Positions 26,870 to 37,821 of a DNA stretch of 64,000 bases are shown in pieces. Positions within the stretch are counted from its first letter, which is position 1. Every line of letters starts with the position of its first letter. Position numbers and translations under genes: made by a program. Under the pieces are notes generated by a model. That model was not told where the DNA came from. It worked only from the letters and a program-made list of their open reading frames with translations, and made no database searches. This DNA is from a bacterium (GTDB taxonomy: Bacteria > RBG-13-61-14 > DATKZS01), in assembly GCA_963674965.2 (NCBI GenBank), contig CAXXFL010000005.1, positions 810,211 through 874,210 on the forward strand, in the 5' to 3' direction.

Positions 26870-29608
26870 TCAATTCCGGGAAACCCCGCCCCGCCCAAAA
26901 GCCTTGGCCGCGAAGAGAAAGAGGATGAAAAGGACGCCGAACAGGTGGTTCCATATACCCACTCGAAATCCCGGCGGCTCGTAGGACAGTCGGTAGCCGT
27001 GTTCTCCCTTTTGAATTTCGACTCCCTTCAGAAGGTCGGCCACCTTGTAAATCTTTATCTCTTTCCCATCCCGAAACGCTCGCCAGCCGGGGAAATAAAG
27101 GTCCGATATTATGGCGAAGCCTTCACCCTCGGAAGAAGCGTGAAAGGTCAGCCCGTCGTGTTCGACCCGGACGCCTTGGACCAAGACCTCGGCCATATCT
27201 CCAGGCTTGGCTCCCGGGACTTTAAAGGTCCCGCTCGTCATGTCGTCAGCGTCCCGGCCGAAGTCCCCTGCGCGGGGCTTTTGATCCACGATCTTTTTGG
27301 CGCCGAACACCCTGGGCTGAAATGATGGGACCTCCCTTATCTGAAAATCCCCGTCATGGATGGGGTCCGGGTAAACTCCGGCGTTCTTGGGAGGAACGGT
27401 TGGAAGGCTCCAGACCCCGAAGTCGCAGGTCACGTCGTCGCGAGGTCCGGGCAAGGATGACAGGAGAAGGTCCCCGCCCCCGGGAGCAAGTTTAAGAGGT
27501 ATCCAGCGCTTGTCCCGGTCCGCTCGAATGAGCCGGGCAAAGGCGAGGGATTCTCGGCCGTCCTTTGTCCGGACGGCGCCCAGCATGACCCCGTCGGCCC
27601 CCTCGCAGGTGGACGCTCGCTCGATAACGCCCGCCTCCATGAAAATCTTCCCGCCCGCCGAGCAGGGCAAAGCCGCCTCGATGAGGGCGGGAGCGTGTTC
27701 GATGACTCCCTTTCTGGCGACCCCGCGAAGAGCAATCTCGGCGAAGGAGATCATGCCCGGAGCGCCCGTCAGCGCCCGTGTTTTTTGGGGGTCCAAATCC
27801 ATCGGCCTGGAGCCCGGCTCTCCGTACGAAAGAACGTAGCGGACGTTTAGAAGGCCAAGCAGGGAAGGATTGATTTTGTCGAAGTCGAGGTCGAAATAGA
27901 ACTTCCCGTCGGCGAGGAAATGGTTCATGGTTTCCTCTCCGGACTCGCATCCGTTGGCGCCCGCCATCATGAGGGCATATTCATCGACGTAGAGCGGGTT
28001 GTAATCTCGAAGGTCCATGAGTCCCCACAGTCCCGCCAGGTTGGGATGGAGCGCCCTCTGGTCCGCCCCCCAAATCCTGAAGGGACCATCGCCGCCTCGA
28101 GACTGGATGAGTTTGACCTCGGGAGAGGCCTCGAGCTTGAATGCCTCAGGCCCGAAAACGGGAACGGCTATGGCGAAGTACCCCGCCAGCTCGAGTCCCG
28201 TGACGAGTACAAGGGATGGGCCGAGAGCCATGGTCCATGACGCTCCCCTCTTTCTCGCCAAATAAACAAGCAAGGCAAATATAAAATAGCCGAAAAATAT
28301 GGCGGCAAGTCCGATCGCGGCAAGGGAAGTCGCCATTACCTGGCTTCGAAAAATAAAGGCGTGTACCCCGGTCCAGGCCAGGACGAAAAGAGCGATCTTG
28401 GCGCCAAGCCGCCTTTTTCCCGGAAGCTTTATGGCCAGGTCCAGACCCATGCCCGCCAGCATGCAGACAAAGAAGGCCACAAAAGGCTGAATGTAGCGGA
28501 AGTTCTGGAAATACCTTATCAAGGGAAAATCGAGAAGAAGGTTGAAAGGCGGCGCGGAGAAAAGCATTCCCGCCGTGACCAGGGCCCCGGCGGCGTGGAA
28601 AAGACCGTCCCTCGAGAGCCTTTTAGGAGCGCTGAGACCGACCAGGGCCAGGGTAAAAACCGGAACTCCCCAATAAGCCGGGACCAGGGTAAGCTGTTCC
28701 ATGTTCTCGAAGGACAAGGTCGGCGCGTTGAAAATCCAGTAGTCGAAAAGTGGCGTGACCAGGCCAATGGCCGAGGAAATGGGAACGTGCAGCCGACCCA
28801 GTCCCTCGGGATGAAAGTGCCAGGCCCGGGCGTAGAACTCCGCGAATTGCCACATGCCGCTGCAGGAGAGAAAAAAGGCGTACGCCGTTAGCGAGCCGAG
28901 AAGTAGAAGCCTTCCAAGCGCCCATTTAAGGCCTCGGCCTTTGTCCGACATTCCCGCCGACGCGAGATAAACGGCGTAGAACATGACGATAAAGCACATA
29001 AACGCCGTGGACTCAGGGCTGTTGTCCATCACGTGTCCCGTCAGAATGTAGCCGGCCGAGTTGGCCAGGGTGGCCTTCCTGAAAAGCCGCCGCTCGAGAA
29101 GAAGGAGCAAGGGAAAGAGGTTGAGAACGTTCACGTCCGGCAGGTTATGGAATTCCCGGAAAAAGCCGCATAGCATGAAGCCCACCGCGCCAAAAAGGGA
29201 GCCGAAAAAGGAAATCTTGCCGTCGCGAGCGAAGAGAAAAAATAACAGCCCGGCCAGAAAAAGCCTGGAAAGAAAATAAAGCTCCCAGCCCCAGTTCGAA
29301 TTTATAATATAGGCCATTATCCTGAGCGGATAATCCACCGTGCCGAAGGTGGGCGCCACGTGTGGCGCTCCAAGGCCGCGCGTGTGGTCCCAAAGGGGGA
29401 AACGACCCGACTGGAAAGCGTCGATGGCGAACTGGTCGCCGGTATAAAAGCTGTATACGGCAACGGGGTCCCAGATAACCTGCCGGGCCAGCCCCTGTCC
29501 GTGAACGTAATGGATAAAGGTGGCCAGGAAAAGAAAAAGCGCGAGCAACGCCGCCGCGGCCGCGGTTTCCCTGAGGCTCAGTCCTTCCTTGGTGGGCGAG
29601 GTGGGCAT
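26870..29608 (-). CDS. YfhO-like multi-pass membrane protein (putative GT-C glycosyltransferase)
   Basis: GRFPLWD..GLGAP, many TM helices, LLNVRYV, SDLYFPGWRA, LSYEPPGF. Confidence 0.78.
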   Translation of the reverse strand: MPTSPTKEGLSLRETAAAAALLALFLFLATFIHYVHGQGLARQVIWDPVAVYSFYTGDQFAIDAFQSGRFPLWDHTRGLGAPHVAPTFGTVDYPLRIMAYIINSNWGWELYFLSRLFLAGLLFFLFARDGKISFFGSLFGAVGFMLCGFFREFHNLPDVNVLNLFPLLLLLERRLFRKATLANSAGYILTGHVMDNSPESTAFMCFIVMFYAVYLASAGMSDKGRGLKWALGRLLLLGSLTAYAFFLSCSGMWQFAEFYARAWHFHPEGLGRLHVPISSAIGLVTPLFDYWIFNAPTLSFENMEQLTLVPAYWGVPVFTLALVGLSAPKRLSRDGLFHAAGALVTAGMLFSAPPFNLLLDFPLIRYFQNFRYIQPFVAFFVCMLAGMGLDLAIKLPGKRRLGAKIALFVLAWTGVHAFIFRSQVMATSLAAIGLAAIFFGYFIFALLVYLARKRGASWTMALGPSLVLVTGLELAGYFAIAVPVFGPEAFKLEASPEVKLIQSRGGDGPFRIWGADQRALHPNLAGLWGLMDLRDYNPLYVDEYALMMAGANGCESGEETMNHFLADGKFYFDLDFDKINPSLLGLLNVRYVLSYGEPGSRPMDLDPQKTRALTGAPGMISFAEIALRGVARKGVIEHAPALIEAALPCSAGGKIFMEAGVIERASTCEGADGVMLGAVRTKDGRESLAFARLIRADRDKRWIPLKLAPGGGDLLLSSLPGPRDDVTCDFGVWSLPTVPPKNAGVYPDPIHDGDFQIREVPSFQPRVFGAKKIVDQKPRAGDFGRDADDMTSGTFKVPGAKPGDMAEVLVQGVRVEHDGLTFHASSEGEGFAIISDLYFPGWRAFRDGKEIKIYKVADLLKGVEIQKGEHGYRLSYEPPGFRVGIWNHLFGVLFILFLFAAKAFGRGGVSRN

Positions 29609-29650
29609 ATCCTTAAACGACCGATTCCGCGCGGCTTTTGTTCCGGTGGG

Positions 29651-30499
29651 TCATTTCACGATTACCCCGGCCGATGAGAGGGCCTTCTCGAGCGCCGCCA
29701 GGGCGGGCGACTCCATCGGCAGCTCGGTAAGAGGACGTCCTTCCGCGTCGAACCGGGCCACCATTTCATCCTGGGGCAGGGTCCCGAGGATGGACGTTCC
29801 CGCCCTCTCCAATCTGTTCCTCGCGGCCTCGAGCGAGGATGAAGGCTTATTGAAAAGAACTCCCAACGGCTCGATCGAACAAACGCTTCTCAAGGCGTCA
29901 CCGATGGCCAGGGCCGCCTCAGCTCCTCGCAGGGAGGCGTCGGTCACGATAATGGGACAATCCACCCGCCGCGTCACCTGCCGCGTCACCTGCTCGATGC
30001 CCGCCTCCGCGTCTATCACGATGTAGTCGAAACCTTGAGACAACTCCTCGATGGCCGCCCGAAGAAGGGAGTTGACCGGGCAAAAGCATCCGGGACCCTC
30101 CGCCCTTCCCATGACCATGACCGCGTAATCGGGAAGCTCGAGAAGGGATTCCATGACCAGGTAGTCTATGGACATGGAAAGCCTTTCCTTGTCCGAGTCG
30201 CTTTGGGCCGAGCGCGCGCCCCGGATGACTTCGTCTCGAACCTCGCCGATGGTGCGGGGAGACCCGAGCCCGAGAGCGAAGACCAGGCCCATGGCCGGAT
30301 CGGCGTCGATAAGGAGCGTCTTGATACCGGCTTTTCCCGCCAGGATTCTGGCGGTCATGGCGCTGCACGCGGTCTTGCCCACGCCTCCCTTTCCGAGAAA
30401 GGCGATCACCCGGGCCCGGTCATGGCCGGCGCCGATTTCACTTTTCAGTTCCAAAATGTTGCCTTGCGACGAGAATTTCGCATGACGGTCGATTTTCAT
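29651..30499 (-). CDS. cooC: CooC/AcsF-like nickel-insertion ATPase (start uncertain)
   Basis: [30 protein letters not shown]. Confidence 0.82.
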   Translation of the reverse strand: MKIDRHAKFSSQGNILELKSEIGAGHDRARVIAFLGKGGVGKTACSAMTARILAGKAGIKTLLIDADPAMGLVFALGLGSPRTIGEVRDEVIRGARSAQSDSDKERLSMSIDYLVMESLLELPDYAVMVMGRAEGPGCFCPVNSLLRAAIEELSQGFDYIVIDAEAGIEQVTRQVTRRVDCPIIVTDASLRGAEAALAIGDALRSVCSIEPLGVLFNKPSSSLEAARNRLERAGTSILGTLPQDEMVARFDAEGRPLTELPMESPALAALEKALSSAGVIVK

Positions 30500-30714
30500 T
30501 ATTCTTCCGGCCAAGCGCGTTGTCAATTAGGTCTTCATTACAAATTAAAAAACGTCTTGAAACCGATAGGCAATTCTGGCATCATAATGTGTTAAACGCC
30601 GAGCCGATCATAAAGATCGAAAATCGGAGATTGGTAAAACGGTTTTGCTTTAGGCATGAAAAATATTGGCTGGAAGCGAATAAATACAACAAGCAGGCAG
30701 AAAGGAGCGGGCAG

Positions 30715-31041
30715 ATGGGCGGTAATCTTATTGAATTCACTAACGATAATTTCGAGGCCGAGGCCCTTCAATCGGACAAGCCGGTACTGGTGGACTTTTG
30801 GGCCGAATGGTGCGGTCCGTGCCGCATGGTGGGACCCACGGTCGAGGAACTGGCCGAGGAGTACGCGGGCAAGGTCAAGGTGGGCAAACTCAACGTGGAC
30901 AACGCCCGTGAGGTTGCGGCGAAATACGGCATTCGCAGCATTCCCACCTTGATGATTTTCAAGGGTGGCCAGGTGGCCGACACGGTAATCGGGGCCCAGC
31001 CCAAGGATTCCCTGAAGGCGTTCCTGGATAAAAACCTTTAA
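30715..31041 (+). CDS. trxA: Thioredoxin
   Basis: [30 protein letters not shown]. Confidence 0.96.
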   Translation: MGGNLIEFTNDNFEAEALQSDKPVLVDFWAEWCGPCRMVGPTVEELAEEYAGKVKVGKLNVDNAREVAAKYGIRSIPTLMIFKGGQVADTVIGAQPKDSLKAFLDKNL

Positions 31042-31209
31042 TATTTCTGAGGTTCACTGACATATTAGAGGAAACGGGCTATTGACCTTACGCGCCCGGC
31101 TGGGGACCAGCCAAGCCGGGCGCGGACTTTTTTCCCTTTCGTGTTATAATTTCCATTCTTTGGCGCCACAAGGCGCCGGCATTTTTTCTTGTACCAAATA
31201 GGAGGAGAT

Positions 31210-31632
31210 ATGGCTATCGAGCGCACTTTGGGGATTATCAAACCGGACGCGGTCGCCGCCGGGACCGCCGGAAAAATCCTCGCCATGTACCAGGAGGCCG
31301 GACTTAAGGTCGTGGCCATGAAGATGATTTACCAGACCAAGTCCCAGGCGGGCGGGTTTTATATCGTTCACAAGGAAAGGCCCTTTTACGGCGAGCTTTG
31401 CGATTTCATGAGCTCGGGTCCTTGCATCCCCGTCGTGCTGGAGGGCGAGAACGCCATCGAGGCCAACCGCAAGCTCATGGGCGCGACCAACTCGAAGGAG
31501 GCCGCGAAGGGGACCATCCGCAACCTCTACGGCACGAACCTCCAGAACAACGCCGTTCACGGCAGCGACGGCCCCGAAAGCGCGGCCTTCGAGATCGGCT
31601 ATTATTTCTCCGCTCTCGAGATAGTCGGCTGA
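31210..31632 (+). CDS. ndk: Nucleoside diphosphate kinase
   Basis: [19 protein letters not shown]. Confidence 0.97.
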   Translation: MAIERTLGIIKPDAVAAGTAGKILAMYQEAGLKVVAMKMIYQTKSQAGGFYIVHKERPFYGELCDFMSSGPCIPVVLEGENAIEANRKLMGATNSKEAAKGTIRNLYGTNLQNNAVHGSDGPESAAFEIGYYFSALEIVG

Positions 31633-31660
31633 AACGGGGGACTGGAAGGCCCCGTCCGTC

Positions 31661-32683
31661 ATGGCTTATGTCCTCGATCTTTCGCCCTCCCAGCTCGAGG
31701 CGTGGGTAAGGGAACGGGGATTCCCCAAATTCAGGACCGACCAGATACTCGACTGGATCTATAAGAAAAACGAGAACGACCCCCAGCGCATGTCCAACCT
31801 GCCGGCCGGGCTCCGGCAAGAGTTGGCGCTTAACATGGGGCCGCCTCCCGCGCGGGAAAAGGACCGAGCCTCCTCATCGGACGGAGCCGTGAAAATCCTG
31901 CACGAGCTTCGCGGCGGGGCCCTGGTCGAAAGCGTTTACATGCCCGAAAAAGACAGGGCGTCCCTTTGCGTTTCCACCCAGTCGGGATGCAGGATGGCCT
32001 GCCGCTTCTGCGCCACCGGCGCCGTAGGCTTCACCAGGGACCTTTCGCCCTCGGAGATCGTGGGCCAGGTCCTGGCCGCCAGGGCCATGGACCCGAGGAT
32101 AAACTCCATCGTTCTCATGGGCATGGGTGAGCCGCTGGACAACCTGGAAAACGTCTTAGCCGCGCTCGAGATACTCGCCGATCCCCGCGCCCTGTCCTTC
32201 CCCGCGAAATCCATAGTCGTGTCCACGGTCGGGCTGCCCGAGGGCATTACGGCGCTGGCCGACTCGGGCCTTGGCGTCGGCGTGGCCTTGTCCCTCCACT
32301 CCGCCCTGGCCCCGACCAGGGAATACCTCGTGCCCGCGGCGAAAAAACACGGCCTCAATGAAATCAAAAAGGCGCTGAAAGATTATCCCTTGCCGGGCAA
32401 AGAAAAGATCACCCTCGAGATCACCCTGATCGGCGGGGTGAACGACTCGGCCGATGAGGCCATGGCCGTCGCCAAATGGGCCCATGACCTGCCCGTCAGA
32501 ATCAACCTTATCCGCTTCAATCCTTCGCCTGATATAAATCTTCGGGCCCCATCCGAGGAGGCGGTGCTGGCCTATCAGGCCGCTCTCCGCGACAAGGGTT
32601 TCCTCGCCTTCATAAGACGCCCTCGAGGCCGGGACGTGATGGCCGCCTGCGGCCAGCTCCGGGCACGGGCCATGAAGGAATGA
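31661..32683 (+). CDS. rlmN: 23S rRNA/tRNA m2A methyltransferase RlmN
   Basis: CVSTQSGCRMACRFC, MGMGEPL, AACGQL. Confidence 0.93.
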   Translation: MAYVLDLSPSQLEAWVRERGFPKFRTDQILDWIYKKNENDPQRMSNLPAGLRQELALNMGPPPAREKDRASSSDGAVKILHELRGGALVESVYMPEKDRASLCVSTQSGCRMACRFCATGAVGFTRDLSPSEIVGQVLAARAMDPRINSIVLMGMGEPLDNLENVLAALEILADPRALSFPAKSIVVSTVGLPEGITALADSGLGVGVALSLHSALAPTREYLVPAAKKHGLNEIKKALKDYPLPGKEKITLEITLIGGVNDSADEAMAVAKWAHDLPVRINLIRFNPSPDINLRAPSEEAVLAYQAALRDKGFLAFIRRPRGRDVMAACGQLRARAMKE

Positions 32684-32853
32684 AAGTTCTCCTTTACTCT
32701 CCGCGTCGAAACAATTCCTTGACCCCGGATTGAAATCCCGAATTGAATGCTTACGTTTAAGTAAAGGCGTTCAAAGACCGCCTTGGCGTAATTAATAAAA
32801 TGGAGTTTGAGTTCGACTCCCGAGTTGAATCGAGCAAAGGGAGGTCGGGTAAG

Positions 32854-33942
32854 ATGCGATTAAAGTTATTGGTAACGATGGGAGTAATCATGGCTATAAT
32901 GTCCTGCGGAAATAACGCTGAGAAAAAAGACGCCAATTACGAGACGGCCGTTTTCGCCGGCGGCTGTTTCTGGTGCATGGAGTCTCCGTTCGAAAAGCTT
33001 GAGGGCGTCAAGGAGGTGGTCTCCGGCTACACGGGCGGTGACAAGGACAACCCCACTTACGAGGAAGTATGCTCGGGCCGGACCGGCCATTACGAGGCCA
33101 TCGAGGTCACCTACGATCCCAAGGTGATCGGCTATGAAAAACTGCTCGAGGTGTTCTGGCGGCAGATCGACCCCACCGACGGGGGAGGCCAGTTCGTGGA
33201 CAGGGGAAGCCAGTATAAGTCCGCCGTCTTTTACAAGGACGACGGGCAAAAAGCCAAGGCCGAGGCCTCCAAAAAAGCGCTTGACGAGTCGGGCCTGTTC
33301 TCGAAGCCGGTGGTGACCGAGATATTGCCGGCCAGGGAGTTTTTTCCCGCCGAGGATTACCATCAGGGCTATTACAAGAAAAGCCCCGTCCGCTACCGGA
33401 TGTACAGGTCCGGCTCCGGCCGGGACCTCTTCCTGGACAAGACCTGGAGCGGTCCTCAGTGCCCCCTCAAAATTCCACCGGCCGACAAACAAGCGGCCGA
33501 ATATAAAAAGCCGGGCGACGAGGAGCTCAAGAAAACCTTAACCCCCCTTCAGTACAAGGTGGCCCGCCAAAACGCGACGGAGACGCCCTTCCAAAACGAG
33601 TACTGGGACAATAAAAAACCCGGCATCTACGTGGACGTGGTCTCGGGCGAGCCTCTTTTCAGCTCGTCGGACAAGTTCGACTCGGGCACGGGCTGGCCCA
33701 GTTTTATAAAGCCCCTGGCCGCGGACAACGTGGTGGAAAAGGAAGATAAAAGCATGTTCATGGAGAGGACCGAGGTCAGAAGCAAGCACGGGGACTCCCA
33801 CCTGGGCCACGTTTTCGACGATGGTCCCGGCCCGACGGGCCAAAGGTACTGCATCAACTCGGCCTCCTTGCGGTTCATCCCCCTCGAGGACATGGAAAAG
33901 GAGGGTTACGGCCAGTACATAAAGTACGTCGAGAAAAAGTAG
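32854..33942 (+). CDS. msrAB: Methionine sulfoxide reductase MsrA-MsrB fusion with lipoprotein-like signal
   Basis: GGCFWC, AEDYHQ, GWPSF, HLGHVF, RYCINS; leader [18 protein letters not shown]. Confidence 0.93.
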   Translation: MRLKLLVTMGVIMAIMSCGNNAEKKDANYETAVFAGGCFWCMESPFEKLEGVKEVVSGYTGGDKDNPTYEEVCSGRTGHYEAIEVTYDPKVIGYEKLLEVFWRQIDPTDGGGQFVDRGSQYKSAVFYKDDGQKAKAEASKKALDESGLFSKPVVTEILPAREFFPAEDYHQGYYKKSPVRYRMYRSGSGRDLFLDKTWSGPQCPLKIPPADKQAAEYKKPGDEELKKTLTPLQYKVARQNATETPFQNEYWDNKKPGIYVDVVSGEPLFSSSDKFDSGTGWPSFIKPLAADNVVEKEDKSMFMERTEVRSKHGDSHLGHVFDDGPGPTGQRYCINSASLRFIPLEDMEKEGYGQYIKYVEKK

Positions 33943-34149
33943 TCACCTATTCGCCGCGGATCGATCTGGATAAAGGCCGGCTTTCAATTTAATTGATTGT
34001 TCCGCGTTATCTGTATTGTTTCTCAATATCGGCAATGGGTCATATGGACAAGTGGACCTTAATAATATAAACCGCGCGGCTACTCCAAGAACCTAATAGT
34101 TATTTGACACTTACAACCGCGCGGCAAACTGGGAATCGATATCCTCACG

Positions 34150-34165
34150 CGGCACGGTTGTTGCT
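34150..34165 (+). promoter_or_regulatory. sigma54 (-24/-12) promoter
   Basis: CGGCACGGTTGTTGCT fits YGGCAC-N5-TTGCW just upstream of the 34183 ORF. Confidence 0.65.
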
Positions 34166-34182
34166 CTTGAATTACGCGGAGG

Positions 34183-34683
34183 ATGGTCATGGATATTTTG
34201 AAAGTACTGGATCGGTTGCGTGATTTCGAGAACAAGATGCGCGACATGTACGACTGGTTCGCCGCGTGCTTCGAGGGAGAGGACCCCGAGGCGTCCATCT
34301 TTTTCAGGAAAATGGCCAAGGAGGAAAAATCCCATGCCGATATCGTTTCTTTCGAGATAAGCCTGGTGATGAAGGACAGGAGGTCGTACGCGGACATAGA
34401 ATACGACGTTTCCGAGATCGACAAGGTTTGCGAATGGGCCGACTCGATCATGGAGGTCCGGCCGGGACCGACCCTGCATGAGGCGCTCAATATCGCGGTC
34501 GAGTTCGAGCGCGACGCCCTCGAGCATCATTACCGCGCCGCCATGGAGCAATCCAATCCTCAGATGGAAAAGCTTATAAGGTCGCTTGGCAACAAGGACG
34601 TTCTCCACTACGAAAGGCTCATGGATTTCGTCAAAGCGCGGGGAGAGCGTCTTTGCAACCCGAGGATGGCCGCCTCGGGGTGA
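34183..34683 (+). CDS. Ferritin-like / rubrerythrin-family di-iron protein
   Basis: FENKMRDMY, MAKEEKSH, AVEFERDA..HY, KDVLHYERL helical repeats. Confidence 0.75.
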   Translation: MVMDILKVLDRLRDFENKMRDMYDWFAACFEGEDPEASIFFRKMAKEEKSHADIVSFEISLVMKDRRSYADIEYDVSEIDKVCEWADSIMEVRPGPTLHEALNIAVEFERDALEHHYRAAMEQSNPQMEKLIRSLGNKDVLHYERLMDFVKARGERLCNPRMAASG

Positions 34684-34755
34684 CAGCCTTGAGGCGGACC
34701 CGTCCGCTCGAGCCGGCGTCGGCCATTCCCCGTATTGTCACGATCAGCCTCGCCT

Positions 34756-35244
34756 TTATTCCGGGATATACTCCATGGCCACCTCCGGGCAGGTGAGGGG
34801 AGACTTGTATTTGGTGCAGTTGAGGCATCCCACAAGTATCTTCTGGTAGAGCTTTTCCTTGCTGGTTTCCTTGAACCCGAAGTTCTTGAAATATTCAGGG
34901 TAAAAGGTGAGCACCACCAGCCGGTCGGGCTCGTACAGGCTGAGAAGCTCGAGCATGTGTTTAAGAAGCGCGGCCCCTATGCCTTTTTTCTTTTCCGCGT
35001 CTTTCACGCTGAAGCTGATGATCTCGAGGCATCGGTCGGGGTGGTCGGGATTGACCAGGGGAAGGGCCTGCCAGGAGATGACGCCCTTGATGCCGCCGTC
35101 GTCATAAACGTGGAAGCGGTCGAAGTGCATCCAGATATCCTGGAACGACCGGGGCAGGACCTCGGTGGGGTTCTCCTTGATAGTCTCGTAGATCGCGTGG
35201 ACGTCGTCCAGGCGAGCGAGCCGTACTTTGGAAGGGTCGGCCAT
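34756..35244 (-). CDS. GNAT N-acetyltransferase, short ArgA-like
   Basis: VLPRSFQDI, KKGIG, LTFYPEYFKNFGF, CLNCTKY..TCPE. Confidence 0.75.
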   Translation of the reverse strand: MADPSKVRLARLDDVHAIYETIKENPTEVLPRSFQDIWMHFDRFHVYDDGGIKGVISWQALPLVNPDHPDRCLEIISFSVKDAEKKKGIGAALLKHMLELLSLYEPDRLVVLTFYPEYFKNFGFKETSKEKLYQKILVGCLNCTKYKSPLTCPEVAMEYIPE

Positions 35245-35256
35245 CTTCGCGTCTCC

Positions 35257-37632
35257 TTAGAGAGTGAACTCGATTTTTCCGCGGACGTTGGACTTGCCGG
35301 TGTTGCCAAGACCAAGGCCCAGGGTGCCGTCCTTATATCCCCTTAAGTTGGTCGCCGTCAAGTCGTGGCCGCTAAAACGCCTCGAGGCCAACTCCGCGCT
35401 CGATATTGCCTCTGCCCCGGCGCGGCCTTCTTTATAGTTCCTCGGGGTCCTGACCTTAGTGCCCATGACCCGGTAAAAGAGCCGCTCTCCCGACTCTTTC
35501 CTCAGCTCGTTAAGCCGCGTGTAGGCGGAGAAATACTCGAGACGGCCCGTCCGTCCCCGGCGGCTGACCTTTAACAGGCGGTAGCCGCAAGGGTACTCGG
35601 CCGTCGCGGGCGTCTGCATGGCCGAGGTATAGGCGTCGTCGGCCGCTCTTCCGGCGAAGACCTTCTTCGGGTACTGGTCGAAAAGGGTCCCGTGATGATG
35701 GCCGTAGCATACGAGCTTGACGCAGGAGTGGCGGGCGAATATGTCCTGGAGCGCCATTCGAGCCGCGCTCATCATGGGCGTGAAGTCAAACATTATTCTG
35801 CTCACGGCGTGCATGACCGGAGGCGTCTCCCGGATGGACCAGGGGCAGTGGTGAAGGCCGGCGATGACGGCCTTGCCTCTCGAGTCGGACAGGACGTCCT
35901 CCAGCCAGTCGAGCTGGTCCTGACCCATGCCGATGTGGTCGTAGGTGGTCATGACCGAGTCGAGGGCCACAATCCGGAGCCAGTCGGTCACGTCCTTGAA
36001 ATAGTGCATCCGTCCCCGGGGAGGACCGTAGCCGGAGTAGCACTCGGAAACCGCCTCGCGGTCGCTGGCCGACATGTCGGGCGCGAAGTCGCTCCAGTAC
36101 ATGTCATGGTTGCCGATAGCCACCATGCACCGCTCATTCAAGGGCGGCCCGAGAGAGTCCATGCCCGCCTTCAGTATCTCGGCCTCCTCGAGGCGGCCCT
36201 CGTCCGCCAGGTCGCCCGTCATGAGCACCGCGTCAACGGGAAGATTGAGATAATGCTTGTCCGACTCTTCATCGCGCGAGAACACGTCGGAAAAAAACTC
36301 GACCCGATGACGCCCGCTCGCGATCTGGTCCATCACGTCCTTGTAGAGCCTCTGGCTGTCCTCGCCCGAGAAGTGGCCCGCGTACCGGCCGAAGCCAGAG
36401 GATTCCTCGGTGCTGACATGAGGGTCCGACACCACCGCCAGGACGGCTGAGTCGCCATGGCCAAGCCAGGGCGCCATGCGCGGGTCCAAGACGGACTTGG
36501 CGGGCACGATCGATCTCGAGGCGGACGCGGCGAAAAATGTCCTGTCCTTTCCAGCCCCGGTTCGGCGGGCGGGAGCGGGAGGCAGGTCGCGGAAAAAGCT
36601 CTTCTCCACCATCTCGAGCATCCGGGTCTGGACGAAGCGGGACTCGATCTCGACCTGGCCGCCTCCATTAACCTTCAAGTCCAGCGTCCGGGCGCCGCAG
36701 GGGAAGCGGATGGGAGAGCAGGTGGTCACGGCCAGCGCGGAGGACCCCGGGATAAAGGCGGCCCGGTTGTCCATGTCCTTGCCGGTTAAGGCGAGCACGA
36801 CCTGGGGGTTGGCGCGAATGAGCCGCGTCACTTCATGCAAGTCCCTCGAGTCGAGCGTCAAGTCCTCGGGTCCCTCCCGAGGCAGGATCGAGGGATGCAT
36901 GACCAGGACCGTCGGGACCGAGCCGTTTCGAGCCAGGTCGTCCGCGAGCCACTCGAGCTGGGCCCGCCGCTCCCGCAGCCGCTCGGTCAGCTCGGCCACC
37001 AGGTATGTGGCCGACGAGTCCAGGTGAATGAAATGGAAGCCGCCCGCGTCGTGGGAATAGTATCCCTTCCCGCCGCCAAAGCCCGGGCCCGAAAGCTCCC
37101 TTAAAAAATCCTCCGGCCCCATCCCGCCCGCCATGGCGTCCCTTCCTCCAAGGGTGGGATAGAAAGGAATGCCAAGGCCCCTGGCCCAGGAGGCCGCCGT
37201 TCCAAGCTGGGCCGCGCCCTTGTGGCCCCGGCTGGAGCGGACCAGGTTTCCGCCGTGGAGAATCAACTCGGGGAGACCGCCCTCCGACTTCCGGATGATC
37301 CTGATAAGGTCGTCGGCTATCCGATAAGCCTCGCCGTAGAGGGCGCCATGGTTTTGGTAGCCCGAGCGGGAGGCGGTCAGGTCCTTGAACCTCTCGGACA
37401 GGCTAAGCTCGTACGATCCCCTATCCTCCGGCCCATCCGATCCGCCCTTGGTCTCGAGCCAGGGCCTTATGGGGTCCTCGTCCGTGAACATGGTGTCGAT
37501 AAAATGGGTGACCCTGACAAAGGCCGGCCGCAAGGATGCCCGGGTTCGGAAGGAAAGGGCAAAGCTTCCTCCCGCCGCCGCGGCCATGGCCCGGATAAAA
37601 CGTCTTCTGTCTCCTAGATTCGAGTGGATCAT
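35257..37632 (-). CDS. Tat-exported tandem calcineurin-like metallophosphoesterase
   Basis: DRRRFIR leader; C-domain SDPH, TGDLAD, GNHD, HH, GHHH. Confidence 0.8.
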   Translation of the reverse strand: MIHSNLGDRRRFIRAMAAAAGGSFALSFRTRASLRPAFVRVTHFIDTMFTDEDPIRPWLETKGGSDGPEDRGSYELSLSERFKDLTASRSGYQNHGALYGEAYRIADDLIRIIRKSEGGLPELILHGGNLVRSSRGHKGAAQLGTAASWARGLGIPFYPTLGGRDAMAGGMGPEDFLRELSGPGFGGGKGYYSHDAGGFHFIHLDSSATYLVAELTERLRERRAQLEWLADDLARNGSVPTVLVMHPSILPREGPEDLTLDSRDLHEVTRLIRANPQVVLALTGKDMDNRAAFIPGSSALAVTTCSPIRFPCGARTLDLKVNGGGQVEIESRFVQTRMLEMVEKSFFRDLPPAPARRTGAGKDRTFFAASASRSIVPAKSVLDPRMAPWLGHGDSAVLAVVSDPHVSTEESSGFGRYAGHFSGEDSQRLYKDVMDQIASGRHRVEFFSDVFSRDEESDKHYLNLPVDAVLMTGDLADEGRLEEAEILKAGMDSLGPPLNERCMVAIGNHDMYWSDFAPDMSASDREAVSECYSGYGPPRGRMHYFKDVTDWLRIVALDSVMTTYDHIGMGQDQLDWLEDVLSDSRGKAVIAGLHHCPWSIRETPPVMHAVSRIMFDFTPMMSAARMALQDIFARHSCVKLVCYGHHHGTLFDQYPKKVFAGRAADDAYTSAMQTPATAEYPCGYRLLKVSRRGRTGRLEYFSAYTRLNELRKESGERLFYRVMGTKVRTPRNYKEGRAGAEAISSAELASRRFSGHDLTATNLRGYKDGTLGLGLGNTGKSNVRGKIEFTL

Positions 37633-37821
37633 GATCTCCCCTGAAGCTTAAAGGATGATCCCTTATTGGGACACAACCTATTTTATATCATAACCGGCGG
37701 CGCCGCTCGAAAGGATACCCTAAGATCGATCAGGCCTCCGTGGGGGCTGGAGGTCTTTCGGTTTTCAAACGCCCCTGGCCATTTGACAGCCGGTGAAAGC
37801 GCGTGCCAGAATTTTCAGATT

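Noticed and set aside
32808-32825. GTTCGACTCCCG, like a tRNA T-loop or att fragment
   Set aside because: No T-stem pairing or cloverleaf, and a 12-nt match is plausible by chance.
24113-33942. Selenocysteine recoding in trxB, trxA or msrAB
   Set aside because: All catalytic positions are ordinary Cys codons in uninterrupted frames.
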